A stretch of DNA of 53,397 bases from a bacterium (GTDB lineage Bacteria; Patescibacteriota; Minisyncoccia; Phycocordibacterales; CAIZLB01), in contig JBAXAB010000003.1 of assembly GCA_037142735.1 (NCBI GenBank), positions 1-53,397 on the forward strand, in the 5' to 3' direction. Numbering within the stretch: position 1 is the stretch's first letter; every line of letters begins with the position of its first letter. Both the position numbers and the translations under genes were made by a program. Below the pieces are notes generated by a model. It worked only from the letters and a program-made list of their open reading frames with translations, made no database searches and was not told where the DNA came from. Below are positions 21,996 to 31,181 of this stretch, one piece after another.

Positions 21996-22844
21996 TTACT
22001 TGTCTGTATTCTCAACTGATGTTGTAGACGTCGCTGAAGTATTCACCTTCCAGGATTTAAGTGTCTCTAGAATTGACTTCAAATCTTGTCGAGCAGCCTT
22101 CAAGTTCTCTGTAGCCGATTTAACATCTGTTCGTGCTGATTTCAAAGCAACAGTATTAGATTTAAGCTTTACCTGATCTCCCTTGTCTGGCGACAAAGAA
22201 GCGATCGCAGTATTTGCTGTTTGAGCCTTCGCATTCGCAGCAGCAATCTTTGCGTTAAAGTCTACCAAAGAAGCCTGGAGGGCTGTCACGTCCTGCCCTG
22301 CAGACTGTTCAGCCGTAATACGTGCCTGGATCTTTGTACTTAAAGACATCATCAAGTCACCAATAGTCTTGATTCGATCAATTGCAGAATATAGGTGTCC
22401 TCTTGGTACAACGAGAGCATAGATTCTAAAAGTACCTGTGATGGTCTTTTCATCACTCGCAGCAGTTTTTACATCTGCATCTGCGTCAATTTTTGATTTC
22501 AAAGAATTTAGCCCTGCAATATTTGATTCCACTTCAGATGCGATAGCAGCCTTTTCAGTGGCAGAAACCTTTGTCAATTCCTGAACCCTAGCATTCAATT
22601 TGTTCAGATCATCAATGCGAGCGTCTATGGCAGTATTGCCCCGAGCGACGATTTTTTCAAGATTAGCCGAACGCTTTGCCTCTATATTTGCTTTTACTGT
22701 TTCTCTGGCAGCTGTTGTGCCTACCACAGTTCCTGTATTAATTTGTGCAGAAGTTCCAACTCCCCGCGTAGTCTCTGCGTATACAGGGATTGCAGTAGCC
22801 AATAACAGTGCACTTGTGCCTATTGAAAGAATAGTTTTTTTCAT
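21996..22844 (-). CDS. secreted alpha-helical Ala/Thr/Lys-rich protein
   Basis: Signal peptide MKKTILSIGTSALLLATAIPVYA from ATG 22844, then low-complexity helical sequence. The ORF track start at 22871 runs into the leader element. Confidence 0.65.
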   Translation of the reverse strand: MKKTILSIGTSALLLATAIPVYAETTRGVGTSAQINTGTVVGTTAARETVKANIEAKRSANLEKIVARGNTAIDARIDDLNKLNARVQELTKVSATEKAAIASEVESNIAGLNSLKSKIDADADVKTAASDEKTITGTFRIYALVVPRGHLYSAIDRIKTIGDLMMSLSTKIQARITAEQSAGQDVTALQASLVDFNAKIAAANAKAQTANTAIASLSPDKGDQVKLKSNTVALKSARTDVKSATENLKAARQDLKSILETLKSWKVNTSATSTTSVENTDK

Positions 22845-22892
22845 TTGATTTTGCGAAATCATGCCGCGCACCGTCTTTTGAAGCGCGGCTGG
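22845..22892 (-). promoter_or_regulatory. conserved leader element, copy upstream of the secreted-protein gene
   Basis: The minus strand reads AGCCGCGCTTCAAAAGACGGTGCGCGGCATGATTTCGCAAAATCAA followed by the ATG. The hairpin GCCGCGC/GCGCGGC carries a compensatory change relative to the uvrB copy. Confidence 0.5.
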
Positions 22893-22902
22893 CTTCTATT
22901 AA

Positions 22903-23181
22903 TTATTTACTAAGTGATTGATCGGCACTAGCATTGTCTGAGTTCAGACCACTCATTTGAGCATCGACATTGCTCGCATCTTTTTCTAGAGAAGCATCAG
23001 AGTTACTTGAAGCCGATACTGTTGCCATTGCGCCATTTTGCTGTGCAGGATTTTGCCCTGAAGTTGTTGCGGTATAGGTCGTGTTAGATGAATAATTCTT
23101 GTTGTCCTTCATGTACCACCATCCTCCAAGGATTACTAGGATGATGACAATAATAGTCCAGACGGCTGCTTTTGTTGACAT
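22903..23181 (-). CDS. small membrane-anchored Ser/Asn/Ala-rich protein
   Basis: 92 aa. TM helix VWTIIVIILVILGGWWY followed by a low-complexity tail. Confidence 0.55.
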   Translation of the reverse strand: MSTKAAVWTIIVIILVILGGWWYMKDNKNYSSNTTYTATTSGQNPAQQNGAMATVSASSNSDASLEKDASNVDAQMSGLNSDNASADQSLSK

Positions 23182-23263
23182 AATTTATACGTAAATAATT
23201 TTAATAATTCGACTGAGTGCATTGGCCATTATACGCCTCTAGAACCACGAGATGCAACTAATA

Positions 23264-23303
23264 AAAAATCCACAACAACCGGTATGATTGTTGTGGATTT
23301 TTT
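23264..23303. terminator. bidirectional hairpin terminator
   Basis: AAAAATCCACAACAA...TTGTTGTGGATTTTT, a 15-bp stem. Confidence 0.7.
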
Positions 23304-23321
23304 AAGTAAACAACGCCTAAA

Positions 23322-23444
23322 TTACTTTCGTTTTTTAGTGCCGTTTTTCTTTGCCAATCTTGCGTGTTTAATTGCAAGACGCTTTTTTGTTTTTTTAGAG
23401 CGTGAAGTTTTATTTTTTCCTACTCCTGTTATTCTTTTTGCCAT
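23322..23444 (-). CDS. very basic 40-aa protein with ribosomal-protein-like composition
   Basis: My own translation gives MAKRITGVGKNKTSRSKKTKKRLAIKHARLAKKNGTKKRK followed by a stop. TATAAT ends only 6 nt before the ATG (TATAATTTCCCCATG), which suggests a leaderless mRNA. Too short for the ORF track. Confidence 0.45.
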   Translation of the reverse strand: MAKRITGVGKNKTSRSKKTKKRLAIKHARLAKKNGTKKRK

Positions 23445-23451
23445 GGGGAAA

Positions 23452-23755
23452 TTATATACCATCTTGGGTAAGATGGAAACCCATTTTGTGTTTAGGCGTC
23501 TCGTCTTGTTTAATAAGTAGTCTTATTATCCTGAACACCTCTTTAAAGTTAACCTGTATAGCTCTATCGCTATTTAACACACTAGAAAGCATAGCGATTC
23601 CTTGCTCGGTAAAAACCAGCGGAGCATACTTTATATTCCTACCACTCCCTCTTTTCAAGGTCGCAATCTGCGACCTTGAAAAGAAAATCACCTCCTCCTT
23701 ATCCAAATGAAACACAAAATCAGGCGGAAAACGTGTTTAATTTCTTCCACACCAT
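23452..23755 (-). pseudogene. ORF6N-domain (phage antirepressor-type) gene remnant, N-terminally truncated and frameshifted
   Basis: From memory of the ORF6N family, the 87-aa ORF carries its C-terminal half (RSQIATL...YAPLVFTEQGIAMLSSVLNSDRAIQVN). A 12-codon fragment, MVWKKLNTFSA plus stop (23755-23720), lies in another frame and continues the family alignment (..RFPEDFMFQL..). Confidence 0.5.
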
Positions 23756-23793
23756 GAATAATAACAATCTCATCCTAAGAAAAAATGAATAAT

Positions 23794-24360
23794 TTATAAT
23801 ATATCTTTATATAACCTAACCCTAATAGCATTTCCTGAAAAGTGTTCAAAAAATCTGTCGACTTCAATCTCCTTTTCAGGCCATTGAAAGTCTTCATTTG
23901 AAGAAGTATGGTGAATAATAATTGACTCAACCTTCCCGTCCTTTTCTGTGTATCCAATTACAGGAACCAAGTGTCCAGAGTTTTTAGGTTTAGAGAATCC
24001 TGCACCAACTGAAACGACAAAGACATTATCCTGATCGATGAGTTTTTTAAATTCATCAGCATCCTCAATCTTCATTCGCTGTGCATCAATTCCTCTCACA
24101 TTTAATTCCTCTGCGATTCCCTGGTGGACACAGCCAACGCCCGCTCTGTAAACAGATTTTTCTTCCATTTCATGGATCAGTTCTGCAAATTTCACACCTG
24201 CATGTTCAGGATGCATATCCAATATCATTTTCATACAAGCAATTCCGCATGATTTTGTTTGCCAAAATACAGCTTCGGCTTCATCTTTAAATCCCCTTTC
24301 CTTCCAGTCCTTTTTGGATAGTTGTGAAAAGAATGGAACCTTGTGGAGGACTTTTTTCAT
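23794..24360 (-). CDS. C39-like papain-fold cysteine peptidase domain protein
   Basis: Putative catalytic Cys in QTKSCGIACMKMIL and His in NSGHLVPVIGY. The fold call is from motif memory only. Confidence 0.55.
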   Translation of the reverse strand: MKKVLHKVPFFSQLSKKDWKERGFKDEAEAVFWQTKSCGIACMKMILDMHPEHAGVKFAELIHEMEEKSVYRAGVGCVHQGIAEELNVRGIDAQRMKIEDADEFKKLIDQDNVFVVSVGAGFSKPKNSGHLVPVIGYTEKDGKVESIIIHHTSSNEDFQWPEKEIEVDRFFEHFSGNAIRVRLYKDIL

Positions 24361-24369
24361 ATTATGAAA

Positions 24370-24519
24370 TTACCTCACACCTTGAACCTGCGATAGGACC
24401 TCTTGAGTTCTCTCATATTCTCTTCCGATATAAAAAGTAAGAGTTGGCACCACTAATATAAACAAGATAAGGGCGGCTAATTTTGAATACCAGGTCACTT
24501 TATTGAATTTGATTGTCAT
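24370..24519 (-). CDS. 49-aa single-TM protein, possibly co-transcribed with the peptidase gene
   Basis: My own translation gives MTIKFNKVTWYSKLAALILFILVVPTLTFYIGREYERTQEVLSQVQGVR. The stop is 9 nt before ATG 24360. Confidence 0.35.
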   Translation of the reverse strand: MTIKFNKVTWYSKLAALILFILVVPTLTFYIGREYERTQEVLSQVQGVR

Positions 24520-24578
24520 ATTCTTAAATTATATCAGACATTTTCAATTCAGGCCTTGCGTGCTAGTATTTGCCCCAA

Positions 24579-24653
24579 GGGTCCATAGTTTCAATGGTAA
24601 AACATTCCTCTCCAAAAGGAAGGTTCCAGGTTCGAGTCCTGGTGGGCCCGCCA
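24579..24653 (+). tRNA. tRNA-Trp (anticodon CCA)
   Basis: Acceptor GGGTCCA/TGGGCCC, anticodon arm TTCCT-CTCCAAA-AGGAA, T arm CCAGG-TTCGAGT-CCTGG, G73, CCA encoded. Confidence 0.9.
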
Positions 24654-25240
24654 TGATTAAGCTTACGTTCGGATTGATTGCGGGAGCACTAGCTATCGGA
24701 TGTTTTCTCCCATATCTTAGAGACATTTTTAAAAGAAAGACCACTCCGCACACATATTCTTGGCTTATCTGGAGCATCCTCCAAATAACAGGAGTTGTTG
24801 CCATCATTGTTGGTCATGGTGGTTACTATGGTGTATTAGGAATCGGAATCGGAGCATTATTTTGTTTATCAATATTTACTTTGTCTTTCAAATACGGGAC
24901 CAAAAATATAACAATTGTCGATACTGTTTCATTTATTGGTGCACTCTTTGCAATTTTTATTTGGGTTTTTACAAAAAATCCTTTGTATTCCGTGATATTA
25001 ATTTCCATCATTGATTTTGTTGGGTTTATTCCAACAATCAGGAAAGGTTACGAGGAACCTCACACAGAAACAATGTCTACTTATTTTATGGCTTCAATTT
25101 CAGATGTTTTTGCTATTTTAGCCTTATCGACATTTTCTGTGGTAACCACCCTGTATTTAGGAACTTTGGTCTTTTCAAATGCACTGTTTGTGGCAATTCT
25201 TTTATATAGAAGAAGGTTTACAAATCGTCCCCTGCTATAG
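24653..25240 (+). CDS. polytopic integral membrane protein, unknown family
   Basis: About 6-7 hydrophobic helices from MIKLTFGLIAGALAIGCF. The ATG shares its A with the tRNA-Trp CCA end. The ORF track start at 24503 would read through the tRNA. Confidence 0.65.
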   Translation: MIKLTFGLIAGALAIGCFLPYLRDIFKRKTTPHTYSWLIWSILQITGVVAIIVGHGGYYGVLGIGIGALFCLSIFTLSFKYGTKNITIVDTVSFIGALFAIFIWVFTKNPLYSVILISIIDFVGFIPTIRKGYEEPHTETMSTYFMASISDVFAILALSTFSVVTTLYLGTLVFSNALFVAILLYRRRFTNRPLL

Positions 25241-25247
25241 TACGAAA

Positions 25248-26132
25248 ATGAAAACATACTCAAACTACACTCAAATGTCCAAAGAACGCTTTAATGCTTG
25301 GACCAAAAAATACGAAAAAGTGTTTCCAGAATATGAGAATCATCCACGTGAAGACTATCACCTAACCTCAACTAAATACCCCATATTGGTTGTTGCTGAC
25401 GGAGTCACGTTGAAGCGAAATTCCGAAGGTGCCTATCCTATGCCTTCAAGTGCATACGAATTTGCAAAAGTTTTTTGTGAAAAGATTATTGAAGAAGCTG
25501 AACGAATGTATGACGAATTTTCTAAGGAAAAGTTAAAAGAGTTATTTTTAATAGGAAATATAATTGCAAAAGAATTCAATGAGTCTCAAGGAAGAACAAA
25601 GGAATTGATTGATTACAGAGAATTTGATTTTTTTGCTGCTACTACAGCTTTTGTACTGATAAAAGAAAATACTGCATACTGGTGGTCACTCGGAGATTCA
25701 GGTATTACAGCCTTTGACAGTGAAGGAAATATTAAATTTAAATCACCAACCGCGTGGCCAGATGAAAAAGAGAAAATCGCCACAACAGGAAATCTACGGC
25801 TTACAGATACAGAATTTAATAAACTTATGAAAAAACTATTCAGAAACGCTGTTGATGAGAATGGAGAAAAGACTGGATATGGAGTCCTGACGGGTGAAGA
25901 AAATGCTTTTTTATATCTCAATACTGGCTCTTTCACTGTCAGTAAGGAAGACTTGATTTTACTCTATACAGATGGGTATGAGAATTATATTTCTGTTCCT
26001 GAATTTTTAGATATTTTTAGGAACTGGAAAGACACAATAGATGTTGATTTCAATGCATTTATTGTAAAGAAAGGTCAAGAGAATTCTGATCTATATGGTA
26101 GGGAAAAAACGCTGATTGCTGTGAAGGTTTAG
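25248..26132 (+). CDS. hypothetical protein, possibly a PP2C/SpoIIE-like phosphatase fold
   Basis: ILVVADGVT, WWSLGDSG and LLYTDGYENY resemble PP2C metal-binding Asp motifs. This is weak similarity from memory. ATG 25248 is preferred to the track start. Confidence 0.5.
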   Translation: MKTYSNYTQMSKERFNAWTKKYEKVFPEYENHPREDYHLTSTKYPILVVADGVTLKRNSEGAYPMPSSAYEFAKVFCEKIIEEAERMYDEFSKEKLKELFLIGNIIAKEFNESQGRTKELIDYREFDFFAATTAFVLIKENTAYWWSLGDSGITAFDSEGNIKFKSPTAWPDEKEKIATTGNLRLTDTEFNKLMKKLFRNAVDENGEKTGYGVLTGEENAFLYLNTGSFTVSKEDLILLYTDGYENYISVPEFLDIFRNWKDTIDVDFNAFIVKKGQENSDLYGREKTLIAVKV

Positions 26133-26177
26133 GGAGACCCTCAAGACACCTTGCCAATTCAGAGTTACAATACACCC

Positions 26178-27035
26178 ATGAAAACCGAATCAAAACTAGG
26201 CAAAATCTTATTAATCATAGTATCCATATTTTTAATCATCTACGGAATTGTGTATTGGCAGTCAAAATCAAGCACCACTAAAATACCTGCTCAAACGAGC
26301 GACGCAACCCAAGTTTCAACCACAACAACCGAAGCTGTCTCCCCTATAGAAATAAAAAAATACTCTTTCAATCTTTATCCTAAAAATTCAACAAGCACCG
26401 ATATCTCCATTGAATATCCTTCTCTAAAATCTGGATTTGCATCTCCAGACATAACCACAAAAATAAATAACACTATTGCGACTAACGCCAAGGAACTTTT
26501 AAATAAAACCGTCACTGAATATAAATCAATTCAAAAAGAAGAAGCAGGACTCGGCTCTGCTGCAGCAGATAATCTTTATTATCAAGTAGCATTCAATCCT
26601 ACTAGTGTTTATATTAGTGAGAATACTTTTTCTTACTCAGTTGCACTATCAACATATTCGGGAGGTGCGCACGGCGCTTTCTCATATGAAGGTTTTTCAT
26701 ACGATACAAAAACTGGAAAACTAATTTCCCTCGATGACGTGCTTAAAGGTAATTATCAACCTGTTGTCGAAAAATATATCCAGAAACAAATTGCCACTGC
26801 CATAGACCTCATTGATTCAGTTGAAGGCTGTGAAAATTGTGAAAATCTAAGTTTAAATGACGTGGGATTTGGTTGGAACGATAAAATTGAACTCAAGGAT
26901 TTTACTTTAACCAAAGAAGGTATTGTCTTTCTATTTGGAAATTATGCCTTGGGGCCCTATGTAGAAACTGCAGGTGGTCAGTTAATCTTGGTACCTAAAA
27001 CTGTTTTAAGTGACCTCGTTAAACGCGATTGGTAA
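26178..27035 (+). CDS. membrane-anchored DUF3298/RsiV-like extracytoplasmic protein
   Basis: N-terminal TM helix and the YSGGAHG motif typical of DUF3298. ATG 26178 is preferred. Confidence 0.6.
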   Translation: MKTESKLGKILLIIVSIFLIIYGIVYWQSKSSTTKIPAQTSDATQVSTTTTEAVSPIEIKKYSFNLYPKNSTSTDISIEYPSLKSGFASPDITTKINNTIATNAKELLNKTVTEYKSIQKEEAGLGSAAADNLYYQVAFNPTSVYISENTFSYSVALSTYSGGAHGAFSYEGFSYDTKTGKLISLDDVLKGNYQPVVEKYIQKQIATAIDLIDSVEGCENCENLSLNDVGFGWNDKIELKDFTLTKEGIVFLFGNYALGPYVETAGGQLILVPKTVLSDLVKRDW

Positions 27036-28041
27036 CAAAGCCTAGTGTGTTTTGAATCAGGTGCTTAAAGAAATCAACAACCTTAACTCCCCCTTCCTTA
27101 AGGGACGCTAGAAGTGGTGAATTTTCACCGAGGTGTGGACTGGTATCAGATTCAATCAAATACACCCCTCGTTTAGGAGAAACAATAAAATCAAAAGTAG
27201 CATAGTGGCGCATGCCCAAATGTTCTTTAACGGTTTTGATAATCTTTTCTATTTCTTTTTTATGTTCATTACTGAGACCTTTGGGTAATTCAATATTATA
27301 CTTTCCCATATGGCGAGATATCGTATCAAGGTGTCCATTCCATAATTTTGACTGTGCAAGATGCGCACGTTTTTCATCTGATGATATAGAAACAGGCAAT
27401 AATATATAAGTATCCTGCCCGCGTAATCCTTCGACAAATCCTGATACAATTTCTGCGCCTGAAATGTATTCTTCAATTAAAATAGCATTCGAAACTAGTG
27501 CCGCCTCACGGAGTGCACTGACCAGACTATTGTAGTTTGTAGCCACTGAAACCCCCATCGATGAACCGGCCGTTTGAGGTTTGATAATTGCCGGGAGTGG
27601 AAAACTACCGAACAATTCTCTGGCTATCTTGTTCAAGTCATCCGTTATTCCCACGTTCATCTCACGATACACAGGTGTTTTAATACCCAAATCACTTAAG
27701 GTTCTTTTGAAGATTCCTTTATTGAAAGCTGTGACTGAAGGATAGACACTATTTCCGACAAATGGCACACCGGATAATTCGAGAAGCTTTTGGACTTCTC
27801 CGTCTTCACCATAATTCCCATGCAAATTATTTACAACCACATCAAAATGCTGCAATGCATCAATTGGTAGTTTAGGAGCACCGGCTATGTGCCAAACTCC
27901 CCGCTTATCTATAAAAATATCTGTCGCAGAGTATTCAGGATCAGATTGGACATTTTTTAAAAAGTGAGCACCCGACAATAATGATACTTCGTGTTCGTGT
28001 GAAGGGCCACCACGTAAAATACCGATACGTACTTTAGACAT
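27019..28041 (-). CDS. ddl: D-alanine--D-alanine ligase
   Basis: VRIGILRGGPSHEHEVSLLSG N-terminus and an ATP-grasp core. Confidence 0.9.
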   Translation of the reverse strand: MSKVRIGILRGGPSHEHEVSLLSGAHFLKNVQSDPEYSATDIFIDKRGVWHIAGAPKLPIDALQHFDVVVNNLHGNYGEDGEVQKLLELSGVPFVGNSVYPSVTAFNKGIFKRTLSDLGIKTPVYREMNVGITDDLNKIARELFGSFPLPAIIKPQTAGSSMGVSVATNYNSLVSALREAALVSNAILIEEYISGAEIVSGFVEGLRGQDTYILLPVSISSDEKRAHLAQSKLWNGHLDTISRHMGKYNIELPKGLSNEHKKEIEKIIKTVKEHLGMRHYATFDFIVSPKRGVYLIESDTSPHLGENSPLLASLKEGGVKVVDFFKHLIQNTLGFVTNRV

Positions 28042-28085
28042 ATCGGTATTTTACCACAAATAAATCAAACAGGGATACTGATGGA

Positions 28086-28337
28086 CTATTTTGATTCGAT
28101 GAATTCAACACGCTTTCGAAGCACCGCACTGTATTTCTTAAGCTTGATCTTTCGTTCAACCTTTTTACGGTTTTTTCGGCTGAAATATATTTCGCCTGTT
28201 GATTTGTTTTTAAGTTTTATTAGCTGTTTTTGTGACATAAAGTTGTACGGGCATAGTATCAAGAATTCGCCTTTTCGGCAAGTAATTTGATGTCCTTGAT
28301 ATACATAAGGACCTCTTTGCACCATCCTTAATTTCAT
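28086..28337 (-). CDS. small basic hypothetical protein
   Basis: 83 aa from ATG 28337 (MKLRMVQRGPYVYQGHQITCRKGEF...), with a Lys/Arg-rich C-terminal half. No family recognised. Confidence 0.5.
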   Translation of the reverse strand: MKLRMVQRGPYVYQGHQITCRKGEFLILCPYNFMSQKQLIKLKNKSTGEIYFSRKNRKKVERKIKLKKYSAVLRKRVEFIESK

Positions 28338-28351
28338 ATTATGATAGCCCA

Positions 28352-29017
28352 ATGTCAACAGAAACAAAACTTGTAATCGGTATTATCCTTGTATCAATCG
28401 GGGTCACTTTTTTAGGAATCAAATTAGCATACAGACCGGCAGCAGAGCCTACACTGGCCTTATCAGCCGATCTTCTTAATAACCCAGCCAGCCCTCGATT
28501 AACTGGTGCTAGTAGTACTATTTCAATCGTAGAATTTGCTGATTTCGAGTGTCCAGCTTGTGGAGCCATGCACCCCATCTTTAAACAACTCATAAAGGAT
28601 GAGGGCAGTAAAATTACCTTTATATTTAGAAACTTCCTTATTCATGAAAATGCAGACAAATTTGCCATTGCCACTTTGGCCGCTGGCAAGCAAGGTAAGT
28701 TCTGGGAAATGCACGATATGATGTTTGAAAATCAAAACGCTTGGTCAGACATATCGTTAGACAAGCAGATGGCTATTTTTGCAGGATATGCACAAAAACT
28801 AGGTCTTGATATGACCAAATATCAGGCAGATCTTGGAGATAAAACCTTAGCTGATCTAGTAGCAAAAGACCAGCATGATGGGATTGCTATGGGAATAAAT
28901 GCTACGCCAACGATTATTATTAATAATAATCGTATTATTGTCGGTGGTAAAAACTACACCGAATTGAAAAAACTTGTAGAAGATGAAATCGCCAAAGGTC
29001 CCGTTACATTAAAATAA
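28352..29017 (+). CDS. DsbA-family thiol:disulfide oxidoreductase
   Basis: TM anchor plus the thioredoxin active site FECPACG. Confidence 0.85.
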   Translation: MSTETKLVIGIILVSIGVTFLGIKLAYRPAAEPTLALSADLLNNPASPRLTGASSTISIVEFADFECPACGAMHPIFKQLIKDEGSKITFIFRNFLIHENADKFAIATLAAGKQGKFWEMHDMMFENQNAWSDISLDKQMAIFAGYAQKLGLDMTKYQADLGDKTLADLVAKDQHDGIAMGINATPTIIINNNRIIVGGKNYTELKKLVEDEIAKGPVTLK

Positions 29018-29031
29018 ATCATACCAAATAT

Positions 29032-29367
29032 ATGAAAAACCTTTTTAAAGAATTTAAAGAATTTGCAGCCAAAGGAAACGTTATTGATCTAGCTGTGGCG
29101 GTAGTTGTCGGTGTTGCCTTCAACGCCGTAGTTGATTCGTTTGTAAAAGACGTAGTCATGCAATTGATTGCAGCATTATTCAAACAACCTGATTTCAGCA
29201 AAATCGTACTCTCGTATCACGGTGTAACTTATGTTCTTATCGGAAACTTCATTAATCAATTATTGAACTTCCTGATTGTTACCCTATCAGTTTTTGTTAC
29301 CGTTAAATTTTTAAGCACTCTTACAAAGAAGAAGCAGCAGCAACCTGAAACCGCAGTAAAAGCCTAG
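29032..29367 (+). CDS. mscL: large-conductance mechanosensitive channel
   Basis: FKEFKEFAAKGNVIDLAVAVVVGVAF is a canonical MscL N-terminus. Confidence 0.9.
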   Translation: MKNLFKEFKEFAAKGNVIDLAVAVVVGVAFNAVVDSFVKDVVMQLIAALFKQPDFSKIVLSYHGVTYVLIGNFINQLLNFLIVTLSVFVTVKFLSTLTKKKQQQPETAVKA

Positions 29368-31118
29368 TGAGAGGCCACGTCGCTTTCGGATAACATAGTA
29401 TCAGTCACAATTAGGCTTGCTTCATCGCTGGCCTTTTTGTTTTCAACCGTCACCACACCTGATCCTGCAAATAATGGAATACGTTTTCTAAACGAACCCC
29501 AAACTTCAATTACTTCTTCGTTTCGAAGCAAGAACAGAACTCCTGCCCATGAGATTACTCCAACCACTCCACCAAGGAGGCCGTGCAAGAAAACGCTGAA
29601 CACTTTAGTCTGATCAATGAATGGCTCTGAAAGATTCAATGTGATGTAGGCCATGTAACCTGCAACTACAGCTGATTCAAAACTTTGCCACAAGGTTCGT
29701 CCTACATTTTTTGTAAAAGATCCTTCACCAAAATCTTTTTCAAACACCATCCAGAAAATAATCATGTTCACAATAGTTCCGAACATGTATCCAAGTGGCA
29801 ACATTAACACTTCTGTACCGGGGATTCCTACAACACGGAACAGTCTTTCAATTATTTGAGAAAAGGCAGGATTATGAGCGAAAAGTTGTAAGAACAAGTA
29901 AGGCAAAGTGATCGTCAACACAGACGAAAATAGATTGATAAATAAGGGTTTTATAGTCTTTCCTGCTGCATAGTACGCACGAATAAATAACAACTCAAGA
30001 CTTTGTGCAGACAGTGAAATGACAAACAAAGCAACTGAGGCAGCGGTCAATCGGGTGTCGTTCCAATTAAAAGAACCAGATCCTAAAATAACGCGGACAA
30101 TCTGGGCACGCAAGATAATAAACAAGGCAGTGATTGGTAGTGACCAAAATAAAATATGTCGAGTGGCTACCTGCACATGCTCGACAAATTCTTTTTTCTT
30201 ACCATTCACATAACACATCGACAATAACGGAAATGCCGCAAGTGTGTACGACACTCCAACTATCGCAAACGGAACAGATTGCAAGTTAGTCGCCAAGCTA
30301 AAAATAGAAATAGATCCTGCCGTTAAAACAGAAGCAAAAGAAGTAATGAAAATCAATTCCAGCTGGCTGGCAGACAATGTAATAGTTCTCGGAATAGATA
30401 GCGCTAGAATTTTTAATAATCTCTTGAAGTCCCACTTGAAAGTAAATCTTGGCAGTTGTCCTAGTGACCCTACATATGGAGCTTGGATCAAGAAGTGAAG
30501 GATCGCACCAAAAACCACCCCTATCACAATCCCCTGTAACCCAAACTTTGGATACAGAAAGACTATACCTAAAATAATTGCGAGATTGTAGAAAATTGGA
30601 GCTATAGCATAAATAAAAAAACGCTTGTTCATCTGAGTGATCACGGAAAGCAGGTTAGAGATTCCCAGAAAGATTGGCTGAAGTAAAAGAACACGTGAAA
30701 TAGATATGACCGTCAAAATTTCTTTGGAATCAAAACCTGGAAATAGATAGTGCGAAATTTTTGGCATCAAGAAAAACAAGACAGTAGAAACCACGGCCAT
30801 CATGCTTACAAAAAACGAAAATAGTTCGCTCATCAGTTTCTTTACAGCCTCAGTTCCCTTGGAACTTGTAGCACTAAAAAATGGAATGAGCACCGCGACA
30901 GACACCAATGAAGCCAACGTTGCAAACACGAAGTCTGGCACTCTAAATGCAGCATAGTAGAGGTCTAATGTCTTACCTGCACCAAAGGAATAGGCCAAAA
31001 GTCTGTCTCGAAAGAGCGCTAAAATCTGAGACATAAGGGTAAAAAAACCGATCAAATACGCAGCGTGGTGGATTCCAGCTATTTCCTTTGTTACAAACTG
31101 TGCAAGGCGTTTAACCAT
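29364..31118 (-). CDS. murJ: lipid II flippase MurJ/MviN
   Basis: About 14 TM helices of the MOP family. ATG 31118 (MVKRLAQF) is preferred, because the track start at 31178 abuts the RNase P RNA gene. Confidence 0.85.
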   Translation of the reverse strand: MVKRLAQFVTKEIAGIHHAAYLIGFFTLMSQILALFRDRLLAYSFGAGKTLDLYYAAFRVPDFVFATLASLVSVAVLIPFFSATSSKGTEAVKKLMSELFSFFVSMMAVVSTVLFFLMPKISHYLFPGFDSKEILTVISISRVLLLQPIFLGISNLLSVITQMNKRFFIYAIAPIFYNLAIILGIVFLYPKFGLQGIVIGVVFGAILHFLIQAPYVGSLGQLPRFTFKWDFKRLLKILALSIPRTITLSASQLELIFITSFASVLTAGSISIFSLATNLQSVPFAIVGVSYTLAAFPLLSMCYVNGKKKEFVEHVQVATRHILFWSLPITALFIILRAQIVRVILGSGSFNWNDTRLTAASVALFVISLSAQSLELLFIRAYYAAGKTIKPLFINLFSSVLTITLPYLFLQLFAHNPAFSQIIERLFRVVGIPGTEVLMLPLGYMFGTIVNMIIFWMVFEKDFGEGSFTKNVGRTLWQSFESAVVAGYMAYITLNLSEPFIDQTKVFSVFLHGLLGGVVGVISWAGVLFLLRNEEVIEVWGSFRKRIPLFAGSGVVTVENKKASDEASLIVTDTMLSESDVASH

Positions 31119-31181
31119 ATAATATAAGAGTATATCGCAAATTTGATAGACCCACAATCGTTTTTGTGGTATATTCACAGC

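Noticed and set aside
24503-24652. The upstream extension of the 24503..25240 ORF
   Set aside because: The extension reads straight through tRNA-Trp. The real start is the ATG at 24653.
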